This document shows positions 15,931-17,010 of a stretch of 17,010 bases of DNA, piece by piece (the first letter of the stretch is position 1; every line of letters starts with the position of its first letter). Source of the stretch: an uncultured Phycisphaerales bacterium. GTDB lineage: Bacteria > Planctomycetota > Phycisphaerae > Phycisphaerales > SM1A02. Position numbers and translations under genes: made by a program. Location of the stretch: contig CALKEP010000069.1 of the NCBI GenBank assembly GCA_938084645.1, positions 1 to 17,010 on the forward strand, given 5' to 3'. The notes beneath the pieces were generated by a model that ran no database searches, was not told the origin of the DNA, and was given only the letters and a program-made list of their open reading frames with translations.

Positions 15931-16929
15931 TCAGGGGTCGGCGACCAGCCGGACACCGACCCAGTCGTTGGAGGCGAGCCACCACGGGCTCTTGGGAATC
16001 TGAGGATCGTCGGCGTTCCAGTCGGTGGTGAACGGGATCCGATAGTCGAGGCCGACATCGGCGACGGGGTCGATGAACGAACCGCCCATGACGACCCAGG
16101 TTCCATCCGGCGCGACGGCGTATTCGCTCAAGTTGCCCCAGATGTCGTGGAGTCCGTTGGCATCGACCGGCTTCGAACCGACCGCATGCGTGGAGTACTC
16201 GGCGTTCTCCTCGAACCACCCGGACGCGATCCGGGCATCCGCGTCGGCGATGCCGCTCGATTCCAGCAGGTATCGCATCTCGGCTTCGGTCGGGACCCTG
16301 ATCTTCCGGCCGGTCTTGATGGAGAGCCACTCGACGAACCGTTCGACGGCCGCGGGGCTCGCACTCAACAACGCATATCCAGCATGGCCGTAGCCCCGAT
16401 CCGCGAGGACGTAGGGCTTGCTCGGGCGGGTCACGGCGTCGGACGCCTCGGTGCTCTCACCCGCATCCGTATCGAGATTGAAGATGAACGCGTCGTAGAG
16501 ATCCCAGGTCGCCTCGGTGGTGGCGACGTAGAACGATTCGCCGGCTTCGGGAGAGATCGGCTGCATCGTGATCGTGACGCTCGTTCCCGGGACCACCACC
16601 TCGATCGGTTCCAGCTCGACGCGCTTCGCGTCAGCCGAGCCGAGCTTGGCGTCGACCGTGGAATCGGTCGTGGAAGCGGCCGTGGCACCGACCGCAGAAT
16701 CGCCCGAACTGCCTCTTCCTGGCGCTTCCTGCTGACGCATTTCGGTGACGCCCCCCCCATCTTCCGTCGTGGCGGTCACGCATCCCGCGAGCACCGACAC
16801 GCCGGCGAAGGACGCGATCGCCATCATGCCCCGACGCACGCCGGAACGGGCTCGGACCATGGCGGACCGGGGCGACATCGCTCCAAGCCGACGTTCTTGA
16901 CCCAACTCGACGCTTCCCTCGGGATCCAT
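15931..16929 (-). CDS. FGE-sulfatase/SUMF1-domain lipoprotein lacking catalytic cysteines
   Basis: Lipobox LAGC; FGE-domain motifs RVPTEAE, NGLHDIWGNLSEY, MGGSF and VGVRLV, plus DPQIPKSPWW. Start uncertain: 16929 has a well-spaced GGAG, while 16878 or later gives a more normal signal length. Confidence 0.85.
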   Translation of the reverse strand: MDPEGSVELGQERRLGAMSPRSAMVRARSGVRRGMMAIASFAGVSVLAGCVTATTEDGGGVTEMRQQEAPGRGSSGDSAVGATAASTTDSTVDAKLGSADAKRVELEPIEVVVPGTSVTITMQPISPEAGESFYVATTEATWDLYDAFIFNLDTDAGESTEASDAVTRPSKPYVLADRGYGHAGYALLSASPAAVERFVEWLSIKTGRKIRVPTEAEMRYLLESSGIADADARIASGWFEENAEYSTHAVGSKPVDANGLHDIWGNLSEYAVAPDGTWVVMGGSFIDPVADVGLDYRIPFTTDWNADDPQIPKSPWWLASNDWVGVRLVADP

Positions 16930-17010
16930 TCAGTCACTCCGGGTCTTCGGCCGAACGGCTGGATCGCGCGAGCGGCATCTTCGTGGTACCGACGTGGATT
17001 CCGAGCGGTT

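Noticed and set aside
14496..16031. 511-aa + strand ORF
   Set aside because: Antisense to the Gfo paralogue; no domain features.
15931..16929. Sulfatase-maturing FGE activity
   Set aside because: Catalytic cysteines are absent and no sulfatase is in the window.
1..17010. tRNA/rRNA, CRISPR array, transposase/integrase, prophage or defence genes
   Set aside because: Nearly all sequence is accounted for by the listed CDSs; no repeat-spacer periodicity or mobile-element motifs were seen.

Overview
High-GC (roughly two-thirds G+C by eye) bacterial window with no RNA genes, CRISPR arrays or mobile elements visible. The IPGPG-type PEP-CTERM-like tail and Tat-exported Gfo/Idh/MocA paralogues suggest Planctomycetota, probably Phycisphaerae (inference). 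There are three blocks. (1) 1-1031 (-): two tandem paralogous exported proteins; the complete one has a PEP-CTERM-like sorting tail. (2) 1219-9388: a light/UV-stress cluster. It holds a small membrane protein, a PNPOx-like FMN protein, and a + strand operon: atypical SDR, class II photolyase-like::renalase-like fusion, DUF2256::DUF3253 fusion, folE, an FAD oxidoreductase and class I photolyase phrB. (3) 9395-16929 (-): a six-gene operon in which every product has an export signal: FGE/SUMF1-domain lipoprotein, Gfo/Idh/MocA, TIM-barrel isomerase, second Gfo/Idh/MocA, Hyi-like TIM barrel, and an ApbE flavin transferase fused to an SMP-30/gluconolactonase domain. The best novelty candidates are the two-FAD photolyase-renalase fusion, the ApbE-lactonase fusion, and possible non-canonical flavinylation sites in the Cys-less FGE-domain lipoprotein of the periplasmic sugar-redox operon.
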